Of a stretch of 24,797 nt of DNA, positions 1 through 7,920 are shown in pieces. Where the stretch lies: NCBI GenBank assembly GCA_009885955.1, contig VFJS01000086.1, positions 1 through 24,797 of the forward strand, given 5' to 3'. Source of the DNA: Spirochaetia bacterium (GTDB taxonomy: Bacteria > Spirochaetota > UBA4802 > UBA5550). A program made the position numbers and the translations under genes. The notes beneath the pieces were generated by a model. The model had not been told where the DNA came from, did no database searches, and was given only the letters and a program-made list of their open reading frames with translations. Within the stretch, counting starts at the first letter, position 1, and each line of letters begins with the position of its first letter.

Positions 1-1505
1 AGTGGAAGCTGCTTACTAAAAAAGGAGAACTTCGTTATTGTGTAACTTCCCTTAAGCTGTATCCGGATAAGGGGATTTTAGAGGGATCATTCATAGATAT
101 AACAGATAGGAAACTGGCTGAGGGGAACCTTCATAAATCCGAATCCCGTTATCGTCGACTTTTTGAAACTGCTCAAGATGGAATTCTTATCCTTGATGCT
201 GAAACTGGTAAGATTGTTGATGTTAATCCATTTTTGATTGATATTTTATGTTACTCAAAAGAACAACTTATTGAAAAAACAATTTGGGATATTGGATTTT
301 TTAAAGATATAATTGCAAATCGGGACAATTTTCTGGAATTACAGCAAAAGGAATATGTTCGTTATGAAGATTTACCCCTTGAGACCGCTTCAGGACAGAT
401 TGTCGAGGTTGAGTTCGTCAGCAATGTATATTTTGTTGATAATCAAAAAGTAATTCAATGCAATATTCGCGATATCACCGACCGCAAAAAAGCAGAGAAA
501 GCAGCTTATGAAAGCGAAAATAGATATGCATTAACTCTTGCAGCAGTAAATGATGGTATATGGGATTGGAATGTTTCAAATGGTTCTGCTTTTTTTAGTG
601 CCAGTTATTATATGATGCTGGGGTATGAGGATAGAGAATTTCCTGCAACTTATGTCAACTGGCGGCTAATTGTTAATCCGGAAGATATTGACAGAGTTGA
701 ATATGAACTTCAAAAGAGTATCAACACCGGGAAGGGATTTGATATTGATCTCAGAATGAAGAAAAAAGATGGTGAGTGGCTCTGGGTTTCTACTCGCGGG
801 AAAGCTATAGAATTTGATGCAGAAAGAAAAGCGCTTCGGATGGTCGGGACGTTGAGCGACATCACCGAACGCAAACTCGCTGAACATAACATTAAATCCC
901 TACTTGAAGAAAAGGAGATAATCCTTAAAGAAGTTCACCATCGTATCAAGAACAACATGAATACTATAAAAAGCCTTCTCGCGCTCCAGGCAAACAATTC
1001 AAGAGAACCGGCTGCCGTTGACACGCTTAACGATGCAGAAAACCGTATTCAGAGCATGATGGTATTATATGATAAATTATACCAGTCGCCAAATGTAAAT
1101 GAAATGCCGGTTAAGAATTATCTCCCATCACTTGTTGACCAGATTATCTCAAACTTCCCCAACAGTAAGGTAGTCAGGATTGATAAAAATATCGATGACT
1201 TCATCCTCGACTCAAAGAGATTAACCACACTGGGTATACTCATAAACGAGCTCCTGACAAATGCTATGAAATATGCATTCCAAGATAGAGCCAATGGCTT
1301 AATAACTGTTACCGCTTCATTGAAAGGGAATCAAGTCTCAATAATAATTCAGGACAACGGCGTTGGTGTTCCGGAATCTGTTAATGTTGAAAAATCAACC
1401 GGTTTCGGTCTTCAGCTCGTCGGAATGCTTACAAAACAGCTTCGTGGATCTATTAGAATGGAAAGTGAAAATGGGACGAGATTTATACTGGAATTTGAGA
1501 AATAG
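1..1505 (+). CDS. Multi-PAS sensor histidine kinase (HisKA_2/HWE-like H-box + HATPase_c); 5' end lies outside the window
   Basis: The frame of the listed 234..1505 ORF is open back to base 3 (WKLLTKKGELRYCVTSLKLYPDKGILEGSFIDITDRKLAEGNLHKSESRYRRLFETAQDGILILDAETGKIVDVNPFLIDIL...), so the Met at 234 is internal. PAS-like segments (SESRYRRLFETAQDGILILD; NRYALTLAAVNDGIWDWN). H-box EVHHRIKNNMNTIKSLLALQA is typical of HisKA_2. C-terminal ATP-lid-like motifs IIQDNGVGVP and GFGLQLV. Stop TAG at 1503-1505. Confidence 0.85.
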   Translation, partial: WKLLTKKGELRYCVTSLKLYPDKGILEGSFIDITDRKLAEGNLHKSESRYRRLFETAQDGILILDAETGKIVDVNPFLIDILCYSKEQLIEKTIWDIGFFKDIIANRDNFLELQQKEYVRYEDLPLETASGQIVEVEFVSNVYFVDNQKVIQCNIRDITDRKKAEKAAYESENRYALTLAAVNDGIWDWNVSNGSAFFSASYYMMLGYEDREFPATYVNWRLIVNPEDIDRVEYELQKSINTGKGFDIDLRMKKKDGEWLWVSTRGKAIEFDAERKALRMVGTLSDITERKLAEHNIKSLLEEKEIILKEVHHRIKNNMNTIKSLLALQANNSREPAAVDTLNDAENRIQSMMVLYDKLYQSPNVNEMPVKNYLPSLVDQIISNFPNSKVVRIDKNIDDFILDSKRLTTLGILINELLTNAMKYAFQDRANGLITVTASLKGNQVSIIIQDNGVGVPESVNVEKSTGFGLQLVGMLTKQLRGSIRMESENGTRFILEFEK

Positions 1506-1636
1506 ATTTAATTTGTCTGAATATAATTTTTCAATAGATTAAAAACAATCCGTTAGCTCTTCTCAGTTTCATCCATATTGAATTTAAAATTGTCATCCCA
1601 TGGAATACCTTTAAGAATAAATCAAATAATTAAGAC

Positions 1637-1655
1637 CCCGCCCGCCCTTTAAAGG
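1637..1655. repeat. GC-rich 19-nt motif CCCGCCCGCCCTTTAAAGG; a second copy with one mismatch lies at 11912-11930; contains the perfect palindrome CCTTTAAAGG
   Basis: Direct reading: 1637-1655 cccgcccgccctttaaagg versus 11912-11930 cccgcccaccctttaaagg. Both are intergenic and stand out against AT-rich flanks. Confidence 0.45.
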
Positions 1656-1725
1656 AACTTTGAAAGGGGCTTCTATAATCTTTTAAAATTTCGTTGCCCT
1701 GGATACTTTATTGTTTATATAACTT

Positions 1726-1764
1726 ACTGAGGTCCTGTTTTAAGGTCTCAGTATTCTTTTTATT
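1726..1764 (+). terminator. Candidate Rho-independent terminator (9-bp stem with two G-U pairs, 9-nt loop, U-rich tail)
   Basis: actgaggtcc (1726-1735) pairs with ggtctcagt (1744-1752) and is followed by attctttttatt. It lies about 220 nt downstream of the kinase stop. It could terminate the kinase transcript or an unannotated small RNA. Confidence 0.3.
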
Positions 1765-2394
1765 AGAGGTGATGGGTATTCTTTAAATTACACCATGCTA
1801 TTGATATTTCTGCTGACTTTACAGAGGATTTGCCCCTGCGTGTAATCGAGATTGAATTCACATTTTAAGCAGTCATCTAATTTCATAAGGAAGGTTAACC
1901 TTTATGGCATTGTATAGAATTTAATAAAATTTTATTTTTCTATATCAAAATAAATATAAGTAAAGATTTAAAATAGTACTAAAAATTTTCTTCAAAGCTT
2001 GGGCAGGAATAAATAACAATTTCGATTTCATTCATTGAAGAATCATTTAATTGATTAATCGACTTTGACAAATTAGACTTTATCAAGCATTCATTTTTTT
2101 TGCACATGGGGCAGGCCCCGTTTCCTTTTATATTAAATTTTATATTCATATTGATCTCCACTTGTCATACTTTATCTATCAAATGATCTATTTTTTCTTA
2201 TAGGATGTTATGATAGTCCATAACACCTGATTCTGAATTATCAAAATGTTAGATGACTTTATACTGTTGATAAATAAATTAATCGAAATTTTAATACAAG
2301 ACATTTTTTCAGGATTAATGTGAATTATTCATAGGGTTATTTTTTTTATACTACTATTTTATATATATCAAATAACCCCCGAAATTTTTTTATT

Positions 2395-2451
2395 AGCGAC
2401 CTGTCACGATTTGTTCTTAAAGATTCATTGTTCAGTTGTAAAGACAAGGAA
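2395..2451 (-). pseudogene. Orphan ~57-bp copy (about 85% identity) of the 3' coding end of the 2923-3225 gene, lying directly downstream of the STAS gene
   Basis: Minus-strand translation gives SLSLQLNNESLRTNRDRSLIKKFRGLFDIYKIVV*, paralogous to the C-terminus ...SLSLQLHNEHLRINRGRLLKKISELCDRCK* of the 100-aa ORF. There is no start codon and the frame differs from the adjacent STAS gene. Confidence 0.5.
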
Positions 2452-2467
2452 GAGTGATATTTTGTTG

Positions 2468-2767
2468 CTAAAGTTTGAAATAATTTGCAAGGGAGCTGAG
2501 TTTAAGTATATTGATAATTTTTGGACTAGCATTTATTAACAATAATGATTTCCCTTTCTGTTTTTGAAGCTTAAGTAAACCGATTAAAATTCCTATTCCC
2601 GATGAGTCAATATAATCAACATCAGATAGGTCGATTTCAACATTCTTATTAACTTTTTCACCTATCTCAAAAAGCTTTTGTTGGAAGCTTTTAATAGTCA
2701 TCATTTCAATATCTCCTTTTACAGAGATATTCACTTGTTCATTGGTTTCAGTAATATTGATATCCAT
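2468..2767 (-). CDS. STAS-domain anti-sigma-factor antagonist (SpoIIAA/RsbV-like)
   Basis: 99 aa. Characteristic STAS pattern: EIDLSDVDYIDSSGIGILIGLLKLQKQKGKSLLLINASPKIINILKLSSL. Confidence 0.8.
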   Translation of the reverse strand: MDINITETNEQVNISVKGDIEMMTIKSFQQKLFEIGEKVNKNVEIDLSDVDYIDSSGIGILIGLLKLQKQKGKSLLLINASPKIINILKLSSLANYFKL

Positions 2768-2922
2768 ATTTCATGCCTGCATACAATTTAATTTAATGAT
2801 ATGGTATCTTTGATAACAAGTCAAATATAAATTTTTTTTACAGGGGAATCCTTTTGGAAAAAATTGATAGAAATCTATAATGAGATACCATGCAAAAAAA
2901 GGATTTATTATGGCAGACATCC

Positions 2923-3225
2923 CTATTTACATCTGTCACATAACTCACTAATTTTCTTCAGCAACCTGCCGCGATTTATTCTTAAATGTTCATTGTGTAG
3001 TTGTAAAGACAAGGAAATATATTCTTTCTCAATCAGCTGATATTCATTGCTATGATATATTGATGTAGCCCATGTCTTTACATCACCATCCCATAGATCT
3101 AAAAGTTCAGGCGGCATTAACTCAATGTAATCACGGTCTTGATAATTTGAATAAAAGTCAACCGATTGCATTTCATTTATAATGCAAATTTTAAGACAGA
3201 GTGCATAGATTTGATTATTTGTCAT
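2923..3225 (-). CDS. Hypothetical protein (100 aa), probably co-transcribed with the STAS gene
   Basis: Intact ORF with no recognisable domain. Its 3' end (2950-3006) is the source of the duplicated segment at 2395-2451. Confidence 0.5.
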   Translation of the reverse strand: MTNNQIYALCLKICIINEMQSVDFYSNYQDRDYIELMPPELLDLWDGDVKTWATSIYHSNEYQLIEKEYISLSLQLHNEHLRINRGRLLKKISELCDRCK

Positions 3226-3633
3226 AAATATACAGTTTCTGATATAATTCTATATGTCTCTTGAATTGAGACTGTATGAAATTCAGTCTGGGTTTTAACG
3301 TTTCCTGGGATCTGTTTTTATCATTTATTTGCGTATTTTCCTATATGTTTAAAGATTGTCTGCATTATCAGCAGAATCATGTCATTCATTACCCTAAAAA
3401 TAGCGTTCATTACTTTAGATTGGGAAATACATCGGAATTTCCAGTATTTTATTGACAATTGAGGGATTATAATGGCACCTTTGGAGAAGGTAAGATACTG
3501 AAAATATTGAATACATTAAAATATTTCAGATTAATTACCGAATCATTTGACTATTTATATTTTCAAGATTATATATTTGCAATAACAAACAAGTTGAATT
3601 AATCCTACCGGATTGTAAATACTGAGGTCAGCA

Positions 3634-5553
3634 ATGAATGATCAGAAGCGTAAAACCATTCTACTCGTTGAAGATGAAATGATCATAGCTATGACCGAAA
3701 GAATGAACCTCGAAAAATATGGATATAATGTTATTGAAGCGAATACCGGGGAAGAGGCAATAAAAACAGTTGATGAAATACAGTTTATTGACCTTATCCT
3801 AATGGATATCGATCTGGGTTCAGGGATGAATGGGCCGGATACCGCAGTACAGATCCTGAAAATCAGAGAGGTACCGATCGTCTTTCTGACGTCACATAAC
3901 GAGAAAGAAGTTGTGGATAAAGTAGAAAGCATTACCAATTATGGCTATGTCATAAAGAATTCTGGTAAGTTTGTCTTGATACAAACGCTAAAAGGCGCAC
4001 TTAGGCTGTTCGAGGCAAATCAGAAAATTGCCAAAGAACTTATAGAACGCAAACGGGCAGATGAATATATTAAAAACCTTTCCATAGAAAGGGAATCCCT
4101 CCTCAAAGAAGTAAACCACCGAGAACAATTCCATACAATAATACAGACACTTCCGGACATCATATATAAAATAAACATCGATGGTTTATTTACTTATATC
4201 AATAATGCAGTATCGCTCCTCGGTTATACCCCTGAAGAACTTTTGGGTAAACATTTCAGAATTATGTTGAATGAGCAAGATATCGAAAAAATAAGCAGAG
4301 ATTTGATTGTGCCAAAATATACTGATGATTTATCCAAGATCACAGAACAACCAAAATTATTTGATGAAAGACGTACCGGCAACAGGATAACCCGCAATTT
4401 ACGACTCAACATTAAACACAGAAATGCGATAAAAGAAATTGCAGGCGATATTATATCTGTTGGAGTTTGGGAACAAAACAAATCAGGAGTCACTGAATAT
4501 TCAGGGACTATCGGAGTGATCAGAAATATTGATGAAGTTGATCTCGGTAATCATGCTTTGATTCTTACTGAAAATCATTACAGAACATTAATAAGTAATC
4601 TTACAGAGATCATTTTGATAATTGCAGTAGATGGAACAATACTATTTGCAACTAATTCATCTAAAAATAGCCTGGGATATGACCCGTTTGTTATTTTAGG
4701 TGAGAATATTTATAGTTATATTCATCAGGAAGATGCAGGTCAGCTCAGTAGCAGAATATGGCTATTGACTGCTGAGCCTGTTGATGAAAGCAAGTTCTCA
4801 CTGAGAATGATAAATAGCTCTAAAGAATGGCTTTATTTCAAGATTCAAATGATGAAAATTGCAGATAATAACAAACAGACGAGCTGTTTAATAATTAACG
4901 CAATTGATATCACAGAACAGGCCAATCTTTTAAAAGATCTTCGCAACCTCCTTACCCAAAAAGAGCTTATCCTCAAAGAAGTGCATCATCGAATCAAGAA
5001 CAATATGAGCACTATGATATCTCTACTTTCACTGCAAAGTATGACTTTAAAAGATACAACAACAATAGCTGTCCTTGAGGAAGCTGGAAACCGTATTCAG
5101 AGCATGATGTTACTGTACGATAAATTGTACCAGTCTCCCAATTTTAATGAAATGTCGGTTAAAGAATATCTCCCCGAACTTGTAGACCAGATCATAGAAA
5201 ACTTCCCCAACTTTGGTGTAGTCAAAATTGTTAAAAATATTGATGATTTTCTCCTCGAGTCAAATAGATTATTAACCCTTGGAATAATAATAAATGAGCT
5301 CCTTACAAATATCATGAAATATGCTTTTGTGGATAGAATCGATGGAATAATAACAATATCCGCTGCATTACTAGAAAATATTGTTATCATAATTATCCAG
5401 GATAATGGCAACGGTATTCCCGAATCAATTGATTTTGAAAACTCATCCGGTTTTGGACTTATGCTTGTAGGCATGCAGACAAAGCAACTTCATGGGACTA
5501 TACGAATAGAAAGAGAAAATGGGACAAGAATTATTCTGGAATTCGAGAAATAG
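3634..5553 (+). CDS. Hybrid response-regulator/sensor histidine kinase: N-terminal REC domain, PAS region(s), HisKA_2-type H-box, HATPase_c
   Basis: GAGGT Shine-Dalgarno 5 nt upstream of the ATG. The REC domain (ILLVEDEMIIAMTERMNLEKYGYNVIEANTGEEA...LILMDIDLGSGMNGPDT) has the phospho-acceptor Asp in LILMD. H-box EVHHRIKNNMSTMISLLSLQS. The C-terminal 200 aa is about 70% identical to the C-terminus of the 1-1505 kinase, so this is a recent paralogue. Confidence 0.9.
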   Translation: MNDQKRKTILLVEDEMIIAMTERMNLEKYGYNVIEANTGEEAIKTVDEIQFIDLILMDIDLGSGMNGPDTAVQILKIREVPIVFLTSHNEKEVVDKVESITNYGYVIKNSGKFVLIQTLKGALRLFEANQKIAKELIERKRADEYIKNLSIERESLLKEVNHREQFHTIIQTLPDIIYKINIDGLFTYINNAVSLLGYTPEELLGKHFRIMLNEQDIEKISRDLIVPKYTDDLSKITEQPKLFDERRTGNRITRNLRLNIKHRNAIKEIAGDIISVGVWEQNKSGVTEYSGTIGVIRNIDEVDLGNHALILTENHYRTLISNLTEIILIIAVDGTILFATNSSKNSLGYDPFVILGENIYSYIHQEDAGQLSSRIWLLTAEPVDESKFSLRMINSSKEWLYFKIQMMKIADNNKQTSCLIINAIDITEQANLLKDLRNLLTQKELILKEVHHRIKNNMSTMISLLSLQSMTLKDTTTIAVLEEAGNRIQSMMLLYDKLYQSPNFNEMSVKEYLPELVDQIIENFPNFGVVKIVKNIDDFLLESNRLLTLGIIINELLTNIMKYAFVDRIDGIITISAALLENIVIIIIQDNGNGIPESIDFENSSGFGLMLVGMQTKQLHGTIRIERENGTRIILEFEK

Positions 5554-5561
5554 TCAGGGTA

Positions 5562-5581
5562 TCAGATTTTTAGTTTAAGTG
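5562..5581. repeat. Perfect 20-bp direct repeat tcagatttttagtttaagtg (copy 1 of 2; copy 2 at 7434-7453)
   Basis: Exact 20/20 match read directly from the sequence. Copy 1 starts 9 bp after the hybrid-kinase stop. Copy 2 ends 5 bp before the truncated transposase fragment. Confidence 0.7.
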
Positions 5582-5781
5582 GCATTTCCACATGGGCACC
5601 CTTTCTCCGAAGTATATTACAAACTGATTCATAGCAGTACCCCAAACTCGTATTGATTGATATAGATTAACATGAAATACCAAACTCGGTTTATTTTATA
5701 TGGGGTTGTTAAATAGATAATGAATTATAAATTTGTTATTATATCAATGATGAAAAATATTGTTTATCGGACGGGCTCTAA

Positions 5782-6228
5782 TTAGATATAAAACATTTTC
5801 CCTTCTTTATTATTTACATTGATATTTAACTGATGTTGTACCAGATCTTTAAGAGTAATAGACTTTAAATGTTCAGACATTACCATATGAAAATTTCTCC
5901 AGAAAATTTTTGTCGAACAACGTTCGCTTCTTCCACAGGCATTATCCGACTCTATACAATCGGGTCCTAAAAGGTTGCTTTCGAAAGCTAAAAAAATATC
6001 ATAAACTTTAATTTCTTCTGCCTTTTTTGAAAGTTTATAACCACTTTTTTTCCCTTTAACATTTTTAAGCAACCCAGCAACCTTTAGAGAAGAAACGATA
6101 TGATCAAGATATTTTTCCGATATTTCTTGATTCTTTGAAATATTTTTCTGTAAAATTCCGATGTCACTTATTGAAGCTACCTCAATCATTGTTCTTAGTC
6201 CATATCGAACTTTAGTGTTAAATCTCAT
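5782..6228 (-). CDS. Rrf2-family (IscR/NsrR-like) transcriptional regulator with a three-Cys cluster-binding motif
   Basis: N-terminal wHTH signature MRFNTKVRYGLRTMIEVA. CIESDNACGRSERC matches the Cys-x6-Cys-x5-Cys spacing typical of Fe-S-binding Rrf2 regulators. Confidence 0.8.
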   Translation of the reverse strand: MRFNTKVRYGLRTMIEVASISDIGILQKNISKNQEISEKYLDHIVSSLKVAGLLKNVKGKKSGYKLSKKAEEIKVYDIFLAFESNLLGPDCIESDNACGRSERCSTKIFWRNFHMVMSEHLKSITLKDLVQHQLNINVNNKEGKMFYI

Positions 6229-6405
6229 TTTTTACCTTTGTTAATAATAAAATTATACAAAATTATATCAAATGTGAAACATATTTATTATACAAATTTG
6301 ATTCATATTATTTGACACCATCTTTATGAAATTTTTTTCATCAAAGTCAAAATCTTAATATTCTTCATAATTATTTCATAGAGATATCATAATCAATATG
6401 TAAGT

Positions 6406-6591
6406 CTATCCCATAGAAGACTGTTTGGATATATATTTTACAAGGATTTGATCATCAATAAATCCCATGTCTTTCAGAATGATTCCCAACATCCCACCAG
6501 AATTTTTTTGAAGAGTAATTGCCTTGTCAAGCTGTTCTTTGGTAATTTCTCCACCTTCAACCAATAAATCTCCAAGTAATCGTTTTGACAT
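6406..6591 (-). CDS. Stand-alone T2SSE_N / MshEN-like domain protein (61 aa)
   Basis: LLGDLLVEGGEITKEQLDKAITLQKNSGGMLGIILKDMGFIDDQILVKYISKQ follows the GspE/PilB N-terminal (MshEN) fold consensus (LGELLV..G.IT.EQL..AL..Q...G..LGEILV.LG.V.E..L). Family assignment is by pattern only. Confidence 0.5.
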   Translation of the reverse strand: MSKRLLGDLLVEGGEITKEQLDKAITLQKNSGGMLGIILKDMGFIDDQILVKYISKQSSMG

Positions 6592-6825
6592 AATTATACT
6601 CCTTTGATTTAAAAAAATAAATAATATTAAATTTTTTTGTCAAATTTTCCAACCACAGTACATATATGTTAGAGAAACAACAAATAGTAGCCTGGCTTTA
6701 TCCTTGCCGATAAAGTTCGCTACCCACATCATCATAGAGAGCAAGTTTATAAATATGCTTTTCTCTTTCGATTAACAAATGATTTACCGATTTCCGCAGT
6801 TTATTTTAAAATATAATTTCTTAGA

Positions 6826-7260
6826 TTAAAAAAATTTCAAAAATACATTCCTGAAACACCTTCTTTCTTCTGGATTAGTATCATGAAAGTAATCACTGAT
6901 CTCAAATATGAAATCTAATTTTGTCCTGCTATTTCTACATTTTATTTTTGAACCTTCATCAGAAATAGCTTCCAGATTTCTGGAATCACGACACAGATCT
7001 TCAAATATTTTTTTTAATTCCTGATCCGTTTTGGAAATGTTGACCAGCTGGTATGCATCGTACTCATCAATATACAGATCACCCCTGTATAACAAATTAT
7101 CCAATGCAGGATAATATTTTATTGTATTCGGAACAATGCAGTTAGATATGAATTTTAAGTGATGATAAAAATTGTAATCTGTGTGGATGGCTGTAAGAAT
7201 ATTCCTTACAAAATTCAAATTTTCCTTTTTTAAGTTTTCAGTTGATGCCGTTTTGTTCAT
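6826..7260 (-). CDS. Hypothetical protein (144 aa)
   Basis: Intact ORF in an AT-rich background, with a plausible promoter region upstream. No recognisable domain. Confidence 0.45.
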   Translation of the reverse strand: MNKTASTENLKKENLNFVRNILTAIHTDYNFYHHLKFISNCIVPNTIKYYPALDNLLYRGDLYIDEYDAYQLVNISKTDQELKKIFEDLCRDSRNLEAISDEGSKIKCRNSRTKLDFIFEISDYFHDTNPEERRCFRNVFLKFF

Positions 7261-7433
7261 ATACTCCTCTACTCTTCGATTACATATTGGATATTCTCCA
7301 AAGTATCATCAGAATCCTTTTCTTTATTAATATATATAAGCATTTATGTAAAAAAACGATAAATTATTTTAATAGTGTAATGAACGCTACTTATTAGGTA
7401 ATGAACAACATCTTTTAAGGATTATGAAGATGT

Positions 7434-7453
7434 TCAGATTTTTAGTTTAAGTG
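7434..7453. repeat. Perfect 20-bp direct repeat tcagatttttagtttaagtg (copy 2 of 2)
   Basis: Identical to 5562-5581. Marks the boundary where the transposase remnant begins. Confidence 0.7.
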
Positions 7454-7457
7454 ACTT

Positions 7458-7679
7458 TTGTCAACGAATCCGATTGAGAGTCTAAACGGCTCACTCGAAC
7501 AGTTTGCTCATCGGGTCAGGAAGTGGCGTAACGGCGACATGAAAAAACGATGGCTTGCTGCAGCCATCCTGAAGGCAGAAGAACGTATGCATCGGGTTAG
7601 AGGTTTCATGGGAATAAATGCTCTTGTGAAAAATATGGAGAGGTTGGTAATTGAAAATAAAAAAATCGTTGACAGGTAG
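7458..7679 (+). pseudogene. C-terminal fragment of a DDE-type transposase (IS remnant; family not assignable with confidence)
   Basis: The frame opens right after a TGA and starts at TTG. STNPIESLNGSLEQFAHRVRKW...RWLAAAILKAEERMHRVRGF resembles the conserved C-terminal catalytic-Glu region (..NxIE..N..L...) shared by several IS transposase families. 73 aa is far too short for a functional transposase. Confidence 0.55.
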
Positions 7680-7920
7680 GTTAGCATTATGAATAATTCA
7701 CCGCTAAGGAATTTCAACTAAAAGCGGGACAATTTCAATAATTTTCATGATCTCGAAGAGATTATATGTAATGTATTAAATTAATCCCTCCGGAAAATTT
7801 CTCTTCATATAAGATTTTCATGTAAAATTATAGCGGGGGAATTGGGCAAAGGGAGGGCACATACTATTTCACAGCGATAGTTATTGAATTTGAAAAATGA
7901 TATAAAGACACAATCAAAAT

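Noticed and set aside
666-892. Two minus-strand ORFs (666-887, 710-892) inside the first kinase gene
   Set aside because: They are antisense to a well-supported kinase CDS, with low-complexity translations.
1979-2161. 60-aa minus-strand ORF with a CPMCKKNEC motif
   Set aside because: Its only features are one CxxC and a GC hairpin that reads as a terminator on the opposite strand. It has no RBS and is likely spurious, but it is kept in mind because the region is otherwise unexplained.
3455-3480. Sigma70-like promoter TTGACA...TATAAT upstream of the hybrid kinase
   Set aside because: The hexamers are present (ttgaca at 3455, tataat 10 nt later) but the spacer is only ~10 nt, far from the 16-18 nt optimum. 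Probably coincidental in AT-rich DNA.
3642-5474. Minus-strand ORFs 3642-3938, 4224-4493 and 5097-5474 inside the hybrid kinase gene
   Set aside because: Antisense shadow ORFs of a strongly supported CDS. They are Ser/Ile-rich and typical of AT-rich antisense frames.
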